DNA of 64,000 bases from Eledone cirrhosa (GCA_964016885.1 OZ024740.1:187364001-187428000), one strand, 5' to 3'; shown: positions 12,562 through 26,274, numbered from the stretch's first letter. Notes: generated by a model from the letters alone, not told the origin. Program-made: numbers and translations.

Positions 12562-14016
12562 ATCATCATCTTCGTTTAACGTCCGTCTTCCATACTAGCA
12601 TTGGTTAGACGGGAGTTGTCCCACTTGAGGCAAGGTTGGTCGCGTGACCGTGTCTCGCTCACATAGGACTATCTGGCAGGTTTTCTATGGATGGATGCCC
12701 TTCCTAACACCAACCACATTTACAGTGTGGAACTTGGAACTTTTTACCATGTTACCTACACGGCCACCTTACAGCGTCGACTGTGTGTTGTTTTGTCGTG
12801 ACACCTACACAACCTCAATATCTCATTTATTTGGACTGGATGTTGAGGTACCAACTTTTCAGAGAGAGTGTGGTGTTGGTAGGATTGGGAGGATAGGGTA
12901 GGTGTAGTGGATTGGGGTGTATATGTGGTTAAGAGGTGCCTACTGACTAGGTTTCGCTTTGTACATAGGCAAAGCTGGTCTTCTGTATTACTGCGTAGCG
13001 CCAAAGATCTCGGTCCAGTGACATTGTCTTAGAGAGGTGTAAGTGTGTAAGGTTGGAATTTATGAGATCGTCCCAGGTTTTTCTGGGTCTACCTACTCCG
13101 TAACTACCATCAATTTTGATCACCCTGCACTTTTTTATACAGCTGTCTTCTGTCATGTGCATCACGTGGCCATACCAACGTAGTCTTCTCTCAAGTAAAG
13201 AGCATCTGATCCCTCTTATTCTTAATTTCTCACTTTGTTCATTTATGCTTTGCCGTTCACATATATTACTATTACACATCCAATAGAACATGCATGCCTC
13301 TTTCCTTTCCAGTCTGCACAGGCCCTCTGCACGTAATGCCCATGTCTCACTGCCATGTAGAATTTCTGTTCGTATACAGGCCTCATACAATTTGCCTTTT
13401 ATTTTCAGAGAGAAACCTTTTGTAGCCAACAGCGGTATAAGCTCTCTTAACTTTTTCCACCCCGTTCTGACTCTAGCTTCTGTACTTTCAGAATACCCTC
13501 CACGACTGCTGATTTTCTCACCCAGGTAATGGAAAGTGTCTACTATTTCTATAGAACCATCTGAGCAATAGAAGGAGCTAGTATCCTGTGGACATTTGCT
13601 ACTTATTGCACCTGAGCATCGGCCATATATAAAGTCTACTTTCTTAGATAGTTTACTTGTGATCCCACAACATCTTTTATGTACCCATAGTTTGCATTTG
13701 GGACATAAAATGGAATTTCTGCCGACTCCTTTCCTACACACTGAGCATGGCCATTTCCCTGAGGGCACCTGTACCCTATTTTCCTTTCTACAAACTAGAA
13801 GTTTAGTCTTACACAAGTTAACTTTAAGGCCTTTTCATTCTAGGCCATGCTTCTATGTTTGGAATTTCTTCTCTAGTTCAGCCATTGATTCAGCTATGAG
13901 AGTTAGATCATCTGCGTATAGAAGTTCCCATGGGCAGCCGGTCTTGAACTCCTCCGTTATAGCCTGTAGGGCAATACTAAATAGGAGGGAGCTAAGGACA
14001 GAGCCTTGATGAACAC
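12562..14016 (-). mobile_element. 5'-truncated RTE-clade LINE (family A-like) with (GAT)n tail
   Basis: [12 protein letters not shown]...[10 protein letters not shown], a PHD-like finger, LHGSETW, LRWYGHVM, GRPRKTW. (TA)n on both sides. Confidence 0.92.
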
Positions 14017-14067
14017 TATATGTATATATTATGTGTATATATATGTATATATATGTATATATATATG

Positions 14068-14165
<98 letters not shown>

Positions 14166-14213
14166 TGTGTATATATATGTATATATATGTATATATATAT
14201 GTATATATATATG

Positions 14214-14300
<87 letters not shown>

Positions 14301-14338
14301 GAATATATATATGTATATATATATATGTATATATATAC

Positions 14339-14385
<47 letters not shown>

Positions 14386-14460
14386 CATATGTATATATAT
14401 ATATTTCTATATATATATATAATATATAAGATCAAAAGATGGTTAAAAGAGTTCCATGTA

Positions 14461-14527
14461 TTTTATTATGTGCATTTCAAAAACAAATATCATCATGCAA
14501 TAATATTTGTGTTTTCAGCAGATAAAA
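14461..14527 (-). ncRNA. Hammerhead ribozyme homologous to 234-300, core mutated (CTGCTGA)
   Basis: Same stems as 234-300, with an A6C change and a broken stem III palindrome (ATGCACAT). Confidence 0.75.
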
Positions 14528-14886
14528 TAGGAAGACATGATATGAAGGTTAAAAAACACTTGTGGATAGTGCAGTTTTAAATCAACATATGAAAAGTAGT
14601 TTTAGATTGATGTTTGATATTGGGGGAAAAAAGGTTGAGGGGGGGGATGAAAAAGAGGAGGAGATGAGAGTAAAAAGTGGAGGGGGAGGAGTATAATGAG
14701 GAAGGATGACATAGGAGGAGAGATGGGTGATAGAGAGAGAGAGAGAGAGAGATAGCTTTTATAACTGAGAAAAATATATTGTTTTACATAGAGAGGTTGA
14801 AAAACCGTTGGCAGATAATGTATAAATTAAAAGAATTTGAAAATTAACGAAGAGAAAAATAATGTAAAGTTAAGGTTTGTATAGTG

Positions 14887-15948
14887 AAGGGTTTAATAAT
14901 ATGTGCGATGAAAAGAAAATGTTAATATGGATTAAGAATAATATTTAAGGGTTTAATAATATGTGCGATGGAAAGAAAATGTTAATATGTATTAAGAATA
15001 ATATTTAAGGGTTTAATAATGTGTGCGATGAAAAGAAAATGTTAATATGTATTAAGAATAATATTTAAGGGTTTAATAATATGTGCGATGGAAAGAAAAT
15101 GTTAATATGTATTAAGAATAATATTTAAGGGTTTAATGTGTGCGATGAAAAGAAAATGTTAATATGTATTAAGAATAATATTTAAGGGTTTAATAATATG
15201 TGCGATGGAAAGAAAATGTTAATATGTATTAAGAATAATATTTAAGGGTTTAATAATATGTGCGATGGAAAGAAAATGTTGATATGTATTAAGAATAATA
15301 TTTAAGGGTTTAATAATATGTGCGATGAAAAGAAAATGTTAATATGTATTAACAATAATATTTAAGGGTTTAATAATATGTGTGATGGAAAGAAAATGTT
15401 AATATGTATTAAGAATAATATTTAAGGGTTTAATAATGTGTGCGATGAACAGAAAATGTTAATATGTATTAAGAATAATATTTAAGGGTTTAATAATATG
15501 TGCGATGGAAAGAAAATGTTAATATGTATTAAGAATAATATTTAAGGGTTTAATAATATGGGCGATGGAAAGAAAATGTTGATATGTATTAAGAATAATA
15601 TTTAAGGGTTTAATAATATGTGCGATGGAAAGAAAATGTTAATATGTATTAAGAATAATATTTAAAGGTTTAATAATGTGTGCGATGAAAAGAAAATGTT
15701 AATATGTATTAAGAATAATATTTAAGAGTTTAATAATATGTGCGATGGAAAGAAAATGTTAATATGTATTAAGAATAATATTTAAGGGTTTAATAATATG
15801 TGCGATGAAAAGAAAATGTTAATATGTATTAAGAATAATATTTAAGGGTTTAATAATATGTGCGATGGAAAAAAAATGTTAATATGTATTAAGAATAATA
15901 TTTAAGGGTTTAATAATATGTGCGATGGAAAGAAAATGTTGATATCTA
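14887..15948. repeat. 60-bp tandem repeat, about 17-18 units, inside the PLE 3' UTR
   Basis: Unit AAGGGTTTAATAATATGTGCGATGGAAAGAAAATGTTAATATGTATTAAGAATAATATTT, head-to-tail with no spacers. Confidence 0.97.
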
Positions 15949-16380
15949 TTATTAAAAAAACAAAAGTAATGTAAGTAAGGATATATTGTGAGATGAGCAT
16001 GAATAAGTTAGATGAAAGGGAGAAAAAAATAATGAATTGAGGATGAATAATCTAACGTCAAAAAAATGTGTTTATGTTTACGAAGGATTTTTTCAAGGTG
16101 ATATAAAGTAAGAATATATTGTATTGTGTAATAATTGTTTCTATGTTAGGCACAGTGGGAAAAGGTACAGATTAGGGGTTAGAAATTAAAAGAAAAAGAA
16201 AAGAAAAGGAAAAGGAAGAAAGGGAAGTGATAAATAGGAGTGATATAGAATGAGTAACACGTATTATATAATGTATAATAAATAACTTTGAAATAAGGTA
16301 GAAAGATGGGTATATTTTTAAAGAAGTATATATATATGTGCCTTTGAGAAAAGGATTCTAAATTGATAAAATATTGGATA

Positions 16381-18779
16381 TTAGCTGTATACTTTATGTA
16401 ATGTTTTATGGAATTTATGCAAGCAGAGTGAAAACAAGTCAGTGCGTCTATTTATTATAGAATCTAAATTAGATATAATGGTAAATTTTTCATTTAAACA
16501 GAGATTGCAAGTCTTGGATAGAGAACTGTTAAAGTATGGAGAAGCAGAAGAAACCTTTTTCCAAGAGATGTTATATTTAATATTTTTGTCTTTCAAGGAC
16601 CATATGAGTTCTGAGAGAGCCGTGTTGGTTCTTTTAAGTTGGTATTTAAAAGACGAATGATGATTATAAAGACGAGCTTTAAAGGAGGTGGAAATGGAGC
16701 CAAAATAGGTGAAGGAATTGGTGTCAGTTATAACTTTACATTCGTAGATTAAGTTTTTATCAAGACAATGGTTGCTGAGAGGACATTTATTTTTAACAGG
16801 GCAATTGCAATTGCGATTAGGGAGATTATTAACGAGTGACCTAGTGTTATCTATAGAAGGAATTGGATTGGAGAAGTTAATTGCGATAGGAATAATAGTT
16901 TCTTGATTTAGAATGGGATTAAGAACATTTAGCGAAGTTGTGTTTGACGTTGTATTTGGGTTTGCAGAAATTAGCCTAGAGTTTACAATGACGTCGAGAG
17001 TACTATTACTATTATTATGATATTCAGTGTTGGAAGGAAGAGATTTAGTATTTAGTATTTTATTGTTGTGTTTAGAGATAATATTGGAAATGTTGGAGGA
17101 TGTCGAATAGGAAAAATTTATAGTGTGTTTGTTAAATATTTTACTATAGATATGTGAGGGAGGGAAGCATTTATTTAAATCACTAAAGAATAATTTAGGA
17201 ATATTATTATTAATAGAGATGGAGAAAGGAGCATTATACCAGATTACGTTTTGGTATCTAGGTCTTATATTAAAGTTATTGGAATGATCATGATTAATTA
17301 TTCTACTGTAAGATCTTCTAGAATTTGTTTCTTTACTATATTTGATTTTATCAGGATAGCCGGCTTTAGAAAGCGCGTTATTATAGTAATTGGCGTTAGC
17401 ATCAAAGTTATTTTTATTAGAAGATAGGTTAGATATTATTTTTCCAATATTACTAACTATAGCATTCTTAATATTAGTGGGGTGGTTAGATCTAAAATTA
17501 ACATAATTTAGGTTCTCATTGTTTTTATGGTAAGGGTAATATAGGCCAGTGTCAAGATTAAGAGATACATCCAAGAAATTAGCTAGTTTGATGCTGGTAT
17601 CAAATTCAATTTTTAAGTTATGTTGGTTAAAGAGATTACGTATATTGTTCTTAATAATATTAAGGTTAACTATGTTTCAATTTAAGATAGTAAAGAGTCC
17701 ATCGTCACGATAAATTCCACCGCGAAGTTGAGGAATTTTCCGACTCAAAGAGTTCAAAATAAAGATACCAATTAAATCTGTCAATTGGGATGAATCGGAT
17801 GCTCCCATTGTGATGTCGAAGTTGTTAGAGGTATCAGCTCTGGTCCAATATTCATTGTTGAATTCTAGGATGGTTTTACGTGCGGTGAGAATGATGTGAA
17901 GTTCATCTGTGGTGATGTCAGAATATTTAAATGCGAAAGATAGAGCATTGTTGAGAAGTGAAGGCGAAATAGAAGAATAGTAGCTGGCAATATCAAATTG
18001 AACAAATTTTAGTTTGTTTTCATTATTCAATTTGTTGAACCAGCCAATCACTTCAGGAGTACTAAACCATAAATTTAAGTTCAAAGAAGAGCAATTAGAA
18101 CGAACCTGTGGGATAATTCTATCCAAGATGGCTTTACTAACAAATCCCAGATCTGATTTAGAGGGGGCGATTAATCTAACAGGTAGTTCAGTACGAAAAT
18201 TGTTTTTGTGATCCTTGAGATTTATCCTCGGAGTTCTTGGGAGGAATGGTTCGGTCCTTTTTCCGATGCCAAGTTTTGACATAATCTCAGAGGCTTCAAA
18301 GTTTATGGATTCTAAATTATCATGGTTGGTTTTACGATATTTTTTCCTAAGTTCCTTTAGGATAAGGTTTTATAGTTATCCTTGGAAATACCATATAAAT
18401 TATTGGTTTTGTCAGAGTGGACTAAAATATTTTTTGAGGAATTTAGGTTTGAAATTGTGTTCTTGAGATTTACAAGGTGCTCTTGTCCTTTGTAAGGGTA
18501 TGTCTTGAATTTAAGATTTTTTATAATTTTTGTTAACTCTTCCTCGAATTGCACTAGATTTTTGTTGGAAGGAGGATTTCTTCTTGAATTAAATAGATGA
18601 TCGAGGAAGATATGTTCTTTGGTATAGAAGTTCCCTTTTAGGCGCTGGTCATAGAAATAAGCTATCCATCTAAGTCTTCTTACAAAGGAGTCAGTTTTTG
18701 CAATTAGAAATTTGGGGAATTCAGATTTACCAGGTATAGGAATGTCTTTAGTTGAATTGGTTATGTTGTAATAATCCAT
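16381..18779 (-). pseudogene. PLE RT-GIY-YIG polyprotein with one frameshift (~18360) and one in-frame TGA (17677-17679)
   Basis: Joined from ORFs 18357-18779, 17677-18282 and 16381-17574; the last two are in the same frame. Confidence 0.88.
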
Positions 18780-18905
18780 GTTGTAGATGAAAAAGGTAAA
18801 AGACCATCAAAAGGTATCCAATATGAGAGTTAGTGCTCAACCGTTAAGGAGCAAGTTAATGTAGGAGGTGAGTTTTATTGTAGTACAATAAAACTCACCT
18901 CCTAC

Positions 18906-18943
<38 letters not shown>

Positions 18944-18944
18944 G

Positions 18945-19068
<124 letters not shown>

Positions 19069-19161
19069 TATATATACATATGTATATATATATATATGTA
19101 TAATATATATATATATACACGTATATGTATGTATATATATATATATACTCATATATATATG

Positions 19162-19195
<34 letters not shown>

Positions 19196-19207
19196 TATAT
19201 ATCTATG

Positions 19208-19240
<33 letters not shown>

Positions 19241-19481
19241 GTATATATCTATGTATATATATATATCTATATATATACATATGTATATATATGTGTATAT
19301 ATATATGTATATATATAGGTATATATACATATGTATATATACATATATATATACGTATATATATATGTATATATACATATGTATATATACATATGTATAT
19401 ATACATAAGTATATATACATATATACATATGTATATATACATATATATATGTATATGTATATATATGTACATATATATATG

Positions 19482-19519
<38 letters not shown>

Positions 19520-19997
19520 TATATATATACATATATATATATGTACACATATATGTATATATATATGTATATATATGTGTATGATAATATATATATGTGT
19601 ATGTATATATATATATGTGTATGTATATATATATATATGTATATATATATGTATATGTATATATATATGTGTATGTATATATATATATATATGTGTATGT
19701 ATATACATATATATGTATATATATATGTATATATATATGTATATGTATATATATGTATATATATGTATATGTATATATATGTATGTATATATATGTATAT
19801 GTATATATATGTATATATATATATGCATATATATATATATGTATATATAAATATGTATGTATAAATATATATATATATAAATATGTATGTATAAATATAT
19901 ATGTATATATTTGTATATATGTGTATGTGTGTATATATATGTATATATGTGTATATATATGTATATATGTGTATGTATATATATATATTTTTTTTTT

Positions 19998-20465
<468 letters not shown>

Positions 20466-20467
20466 TG

Positions 20468-20527
<60 letters not shown>

Positions 20528-21124
20528 TATAATGGACCACTCGACGAAGTACGCACGTTGGTTTATTTACTCCGGAGTAATGTAAATTATGTAAAATATA
20601 TAAAATTTGGCTTCGTTTATTAAAAATTATAGATATGCTGTTATATATATTTCAGTGACAGTCATCATTGGCTGTGACCTCTTCAAGTTGTCCGAATTGA
20701 TGTGGGAAAGACAGGTACACATGTTGTTGAAGTGTGTTTTACTCCGTCAATCCATCGATATGTCCAGCTCATAGTAGTGTTGTGAGAACATTCCTCTGTC
20801 AAAAGTCTATAGATATTTTTCTGAGGCAGGACAATCTGTTGTAGTAGTTTTTGTTTAAGTACAGCTTACCTCCTCCATTGTGTTGGTAGTGGTAGTAGTG
20901 TTAAGGGGTCAGCTGGCAGGTCAGCTTTAATGTGCTGCTGCTATGTTCAGAAGAATTTGTGTGTGTAGGTTGGCATCTATCCTGCCACCATTTCATTTGT
21001 TGGGTGCCAACATATAAAAAAATAAAAAATTCACGTGTTATAACCAATATCAAAATTTAAAAGATTTGATATATATATGTATATAAATATATGTATATAT
21101 ATACGTATATGTATATATATATAT

Positions 21125-21194
<70 letters not shown>

Positions 21195-21201
<7 letters not shown>

Positions 21202-22065
21202 GCTTAGAGTTTAGACTCAAAGAGGTCATTTACAATCATTTCAGCTCTAGGAATCGCTTCTGAGCAGTATTAATTAATATTTGATGAACATTTACATGTT
21301 ATACTTGCAATTGACTAATAAGATCGCTAGAGTGAAAAATCTTAATTCAACGACATAAGGTCTGCCTGTACGATCTAGAAAATAATAAATCAATACTCAC
21401 AGACTCATATGGGCAAAAAGCCTTGGTACCTAGACACGTTTAAAATTCAAAATACAAACTTTTTCCGCAGATCGGTCAGAACTTCAAACTTCAAACATGT
21501 TTCACAAAGGATGGTATAATAGTAAAATAATTAACTAATTAGCAGTGAGTTAATCAACTTTTTCTGTGTTTATCAATAGGTACCCAGATAAAAATAAAAT
21601 AACTCAACCTCAGAAAAATATCTAAGGTCTGGTTAGAGTAGCGAAAATACACGAGGTTTTGCACACGGCTTATTCCAGTCCTCTAACGTCCCACACATAG
21701 TGCTAGAAATAACAGCCGTTTATATGGGATTACAAAATTCAGCTCACCTGGGGGAGCAGTGATAAATAGCTTAGAGTTTAGACTCAAAGAGGTCATTTAC
21801 AATCATTTCAGCTCTAGGAATCGCTTCTGAGCAGTATAAATTAATATTTGATGAACATTTACATGTTATAGTTGCAATTGACTAATAAGATCGCTAGAGT
21901 GAAAAATCTTAATTCAACAACATAAGGTCTGCCTGTACGATCTAGAAAATAATAAATCAATACTCACAGACTCATATGGGCAAAAAGCCTTGGTACCTAG
22001 ACACGTTTAAAATTCAAAATACAAACTTTTTCCGCAGATCGGTCAGAACTTCAAACTTCAAACAT
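21195..22065 (-). mobile_element. Non-coding partial tandem (567-bp period, ~304-bp direct repeats) with an HHR-like motif; retrozyme/pLTR-like
   Basis: 21195-21498 is nearly identical to 21762-22065. (TA)n flanks. A diverged relative lies at 55430-55750. Confidence 0.75.
21489..21580 (-). ncRNA. Hammerhead-like motif with U3:A8 core and long stem II
   Basis: CCTA-TTGATAA-[ACACAG...TGATTAACT/AGTTAATTA...CTTTGT]-GAAA-CATG-TT^TGAAG, with palindrome AAACATGTTT. Stem I is weak here, but the relative near 55690 has TT^TAGG, complementary to CCTA. Confidence 0.6.
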
Positions 22066-22103
22066 TAATTTAATTTATATATATAACTTCAAATATTAAT
22101 TTA

Positions 22104-22158
<55 letters not shown>

Positions 22159-22174
22159 TATATATACGTATGTA

Positions 22175-22216
<42 letters not shown>

Positions 22217-22217
22217 C

Positions 22218-22659
22218 ACAATGTCACTGGACCTAGACCTTTGGCGGTACTCAGTAATAGAGAAGACCCGCCTTACCTAAATACAAAGTAAAACCTACTA
22301 CAGTCAGTAGGTGTCACGACAAAAAAACACACAGTCCACGCTTTAATGTGGCCTTGTAGGCAACACGGTAAAAACCTTCCTGCCCCACACTGTAAATGTG
22401 GTTGGTGTTAGGAAGGGCATCCAGCCGTAGAAAACCCACCAGACAGTCCACGCTGTAATGTGGCCGGGTAGGCAACACGGTAAAAACCTCCCAGCCCCAC
22501 ACTGTAAATGTGGTTGGTGTTAAGTAGGGCATCCAGCTGTAGAAAACCCGCCAGACAGTCCTATGCGAGCAAGACAATCACTCTTGCCTCAAGTGGGAAA
22601 TACCCCCGTCCAAACCCATGCAAGCGTGGAACACGGACGTTAAACGTTGATGATGATGA
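22218..22659 (+). mobile_element. RTE family A 3' end with an internal 112-bp duplication
   Basis: Matches 37052-37556 and the reverse complement of 57335-57790. (GAT)n tail. Confidence 0.88.
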
Positions 22660-22729
22660 CACACATATATATATATATATATACATATATGTATATATAT
22701 ATATATATATAAATATGTATATATATATG

Positions 22730-22764
<35 letters not shown>

Positions 22765-22804
22765 GTATATATATACATGTATATATATATAATATATATA
22801 TATA

Positions 22805-22837
<33 letters not shown>

Positions 22838-22883
22838 GTGTATATATATACATATATATATATATGTATATATATATACATAT

Positions 22884-23180
22884 ATCATCATCATCATCAT
22901 CACCGTTTTACGTCCGTTCTTCCGCGCTAGCATGGGTTAGACGGGTTGTCCTGTTGTGGGCATTGTCTGGTCGGCTGACCATGCCTTGCTCATACAGGAA
23001 CTGATTTGGCTTGATTTCTACAGCTGGATGCCCTTCCTATCACCAACCTCATTTACAGTGAGTGCTGGGTGCATTTTCATGGCGCCTACACGTCCACTTT
23101 ACAGTGTGGGCTGGGTGCTTTTTTGCTGTGGCACCTCCACGACCACCTTGCAGTGGGAGGGTGTGGGGGCATATTGTCTA
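22884..23180 (-). mobile_element. RTE family B 3' UTR fragment
   Basis: Reverse-complement match to 56845-57135. Confidence 0.85.
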
Positions 23181-23196
23181 AACCCTCAATGCCCAT

Positions 23197-25170
23197 ATGG
23201 TGATGTGGACAAATATAATGCAGCCCAACAAAAGGACTGCCAACAACTTCCAGGCCTGGAACAATGACGTGCCGGCGTTGTATGGGCTTCGAAAAGACCA
23301 TAAAACGGGCTGGGACCCTGTCGCGGGACCACCAACACGGCCAGTCTGTGGGGCTAACATTGCTAGTAACTACAGACTGTCCTACTTCCTCTCCCTGATC
23401 ATACGCCCCATCATTGAGATGTCCCCAGATGTGTGTGACAGCACGGAGGACCTCCTCAGCAGAATCGGCGCGGGTAACTGATCTGGGGACCTAACAAACT
23501 GCATAATAGGCAGTATGGATGTTGTGTCCCTGTATCCATCTATTGACGTTGATTTTGCTGTGGAGAAATGCGTCGAAATGATCAGCGAGAGCAAGGTTGA
23601 GTTCCGTGGGATTGATACCAGTGAGCTGGGACTTCTACTTAAGCTTACCCATAGTAATAGTTACCTAGACACTTATGACCTTAGCAACCTGTGCCCTACA
23701 AGACCAGCAAGAGGCAGACCACCTACCATTACCTCAATGGCCAAGAAAACCCACACAGATAGATGGAACGGGTGGACCAGAGCCATACGGACACCCGAAA
23801 ACCACGATGAACTGAAGAAAATGATTGCACATGCGGTAGGGGCCAGCATAAAATTAACCCTTAAGGAACATATGTTCAAATTTAATGGTAAAACATATGC
23901 CCAAGAGGAAGGAGCAGCCATTGGTGTTAGCATTGCAGGCGACATAGCTAACTTGTTCATGGTATGGTGGGACAGTAGACTTAAACAAAAACTTAATGAA
24001 CAATTAGAAGACAGCTTAACCCTGATAATGTACTCCCGCTACGTAGATGATATAAACATCGTAGTTAAGACACCCCCACTAAAGAACAGTCAGGAACCAG
24101 AGAAAAACACAATGGAAAGCATCCAGCAAATAGCAAACTCCATCCACCAGAGCATTAGAGTTACTATAGACTACCCAAGTAGACACCCCAACCATCGATT
24201 ACCTGTACTAGACACAGAGCTCTGGTTAGATACTATTAACAACCAAAAACAAATCCTCCATTCCCATTATGCCAAACCCATGACTTCCAAACATCTGATC
24301 CACCGAAACTCGGCCATTTCGGACCATACCAAAATCAACATTCTGATTGCGGATTTGGTACGGGTGATGAGAAATGTGTCCCGCATGTGCAACCCCGAAG
24401 AACTAGAGAGACACATACAACACTTCATCCACCGTATGCAGTTCTCTGGCTACAATCAGAGAGATAGAATCAGAGTGTATAAAGGAGCCAGAACCAAATG
24501 GGAAAAAATGGTAAATAATGACATAAATGGGACCTGCCCCTTGTATAGGAGCAAATTTTGGAATAGAATAGAAAGAACTAAGAACAAGGCCAATAGAATA
24601 AACTCATGGTATGATAGCAATAAATACCAGAGTGTAATGTTCATCAATACAACCCCTAGAGGCGAACTAGCCTACAAATTTAGAAGAGCCCTAAAGAAAC
24701 ATAATCTCAATATTAAGATAGTAGAAAGACCTGGTACCTCCGTAAAAACACTTATTAGCAAGACATACCCGTTCCAAAGACCCTCATGTATAGATAAGAA
24801 ATGTATAACCTGTAAAATAAGCCCCCATATTAACTGTAAAACTAGAAATGTAGTATATAGCATAAGATGTACTGAAGGACAATGTAGAAACAAAAATATA
24901 GTGTACATAGGTGAGACAGCTCGTAGTATAGGGGAACGAATAAATGAACACTGGCGAGACCTCCAAGATAGTAAAGAATCATCTGTGCTCTACCAACATG
25001 CTAAGATAGAACACAGGGGTAAATTAGAGAGCATAGAAATAAAAATAGAATCTACACACAAGAAAGACGCAATGTTTAGGCAAATTACAGAGGCAGTAAG
25101 CATAAAAGAATTAAAACCAAAATTAAATAGAAAATATGAGTGGAACAGCAACATCACAACTTACAATTAA
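23197..25170 (+). pseudogene. PLE RT-GIY-YIG frame with a single in-frame TGA at 23479-23481
   Basis: ORFs 23197-23481 and 23515-25170 are in the same frame; 551 aa stay open downstream. Confidence 0.88.
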
Positions 25171-25467
25171 GGACAAAATGAAAACACACACACACATAGA
25201 ACAAACAACTTACAATTGAAAACACACACAAAATGAAAACACACACAAGACAAAATGAAAACACACACACACATAGAACAAACAACCAACCAACAACAAA
25301 TAAATAAATAAACAAACAAATATAAATAGAAAAATAGAAAAATGAACACAAACACTCACAGACACCCGGATGTGGCGCATGCGCAAACTGAACACGCAAC
25401 CCACACACAAACAAAATGGCGTAGGATAGAAGAAAGGAAAGGCACAGAAACGAAGAAAGAAATCCCC

Positions 25468-25512
25468 AGTCACTGAAGAGGTCACAGAGTGTGTGACGAA
25501 AGAACTATGACT
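25468..25512 (+). ncRNA. Minimal type I hammerhead in the pLTR (copies 36767-36810 +, degenerate 35837-35880 + and 36216-36260 -)
   Basis: AGTCA-CTGAAGA-G-GTCACA GAGTG TGTGAC-GAAA-GAAC-TA^TGACT. One extra nucleotide after A9 and a very short stem III. Confidence 0.78.
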
Positions 25513-25864
25513 ATATATATATAAACAACTATCTGGTTGTGGAACCAACCAACCAACCAGAAATTTATAAATTTGTAAATTTATAAATATATATTAAATT
25601 AAATTGAAGTGAAAGCAACTGGTGCGTGTGTTTCTTATTGGCAACATGACCCTCCCAAAGTATAACAATATATATATATATATATGTATATATATACATA
25701 TATGTATATATACGTATGTATATATACATATATGTATGCATACATATATGTATATATATACATATATGTATATATACATCTATATATATATGTATATATA
25801 CGTATGTATATATACATATATGTATGCATACATATATATATATATGCATACATATATGAATATG

Positions 25865-25895
<31 letters not shown>

Positions 25896-26068
25896 GTATA
25901 CTAGGGAGAGGATCAGGGGTGTATAACACTCCACTTATCCAGCAGGCAGTATAAGGTTAGCTCGATGTCTGAGGACAGAGCCGTGATATAATAAATAACT
26001 ACATATATATATATCTCTTATATATATATTTATATATATATATATATATATACAAATATATATATAAG

Positions 26069-26156
<88 letters not shown>

Positions 26157-26274
26157 ATATATATATATGTATATATATATATACATATACATATATATAT
26201 GTATATATGTATATATATATACATATACATATATATGTATATATGTATATATATGTATATATATATATACATGT

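Larger units (their letters stand above)
14421..18907 (-). mobile_element. Near full-length Penelope-like element, Hydra-clade-like
   Basis: SDKTNNLY, FDIASYYSSI, ITMGA, IYRDDG, CNCPVKNKC (CxCx5C) linker, LIYECKV...YFGS GIY-YIG, CNLC and terminal CLH. Long 3' UTR with HHR. (TA)n on both sides. Confidence 0.9.
23180..25670 (+). mobile_element. 5'-truncated Penelope-like element with RT, GIY-YIG and 3' pLTR
   Basis: LYGLRKDHK, PTRPVCG, SMDVVSLYPSID, QEEGAAIG, YSRYVDD, LPVLD, NVVYSIRC...YIGET, RINEH, LNRKYEW. Confidence 0.93.

Noticed and set aside
14887-15948. CRISPR-like regular array
   Set aside because: Contiguous near-identical 60-mers without unique spacers, no cas genes, eukaryotic context.
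25968-25995. CTGAGGA core-like heptamer
   Set aside because: No stem II or GAAA follows.
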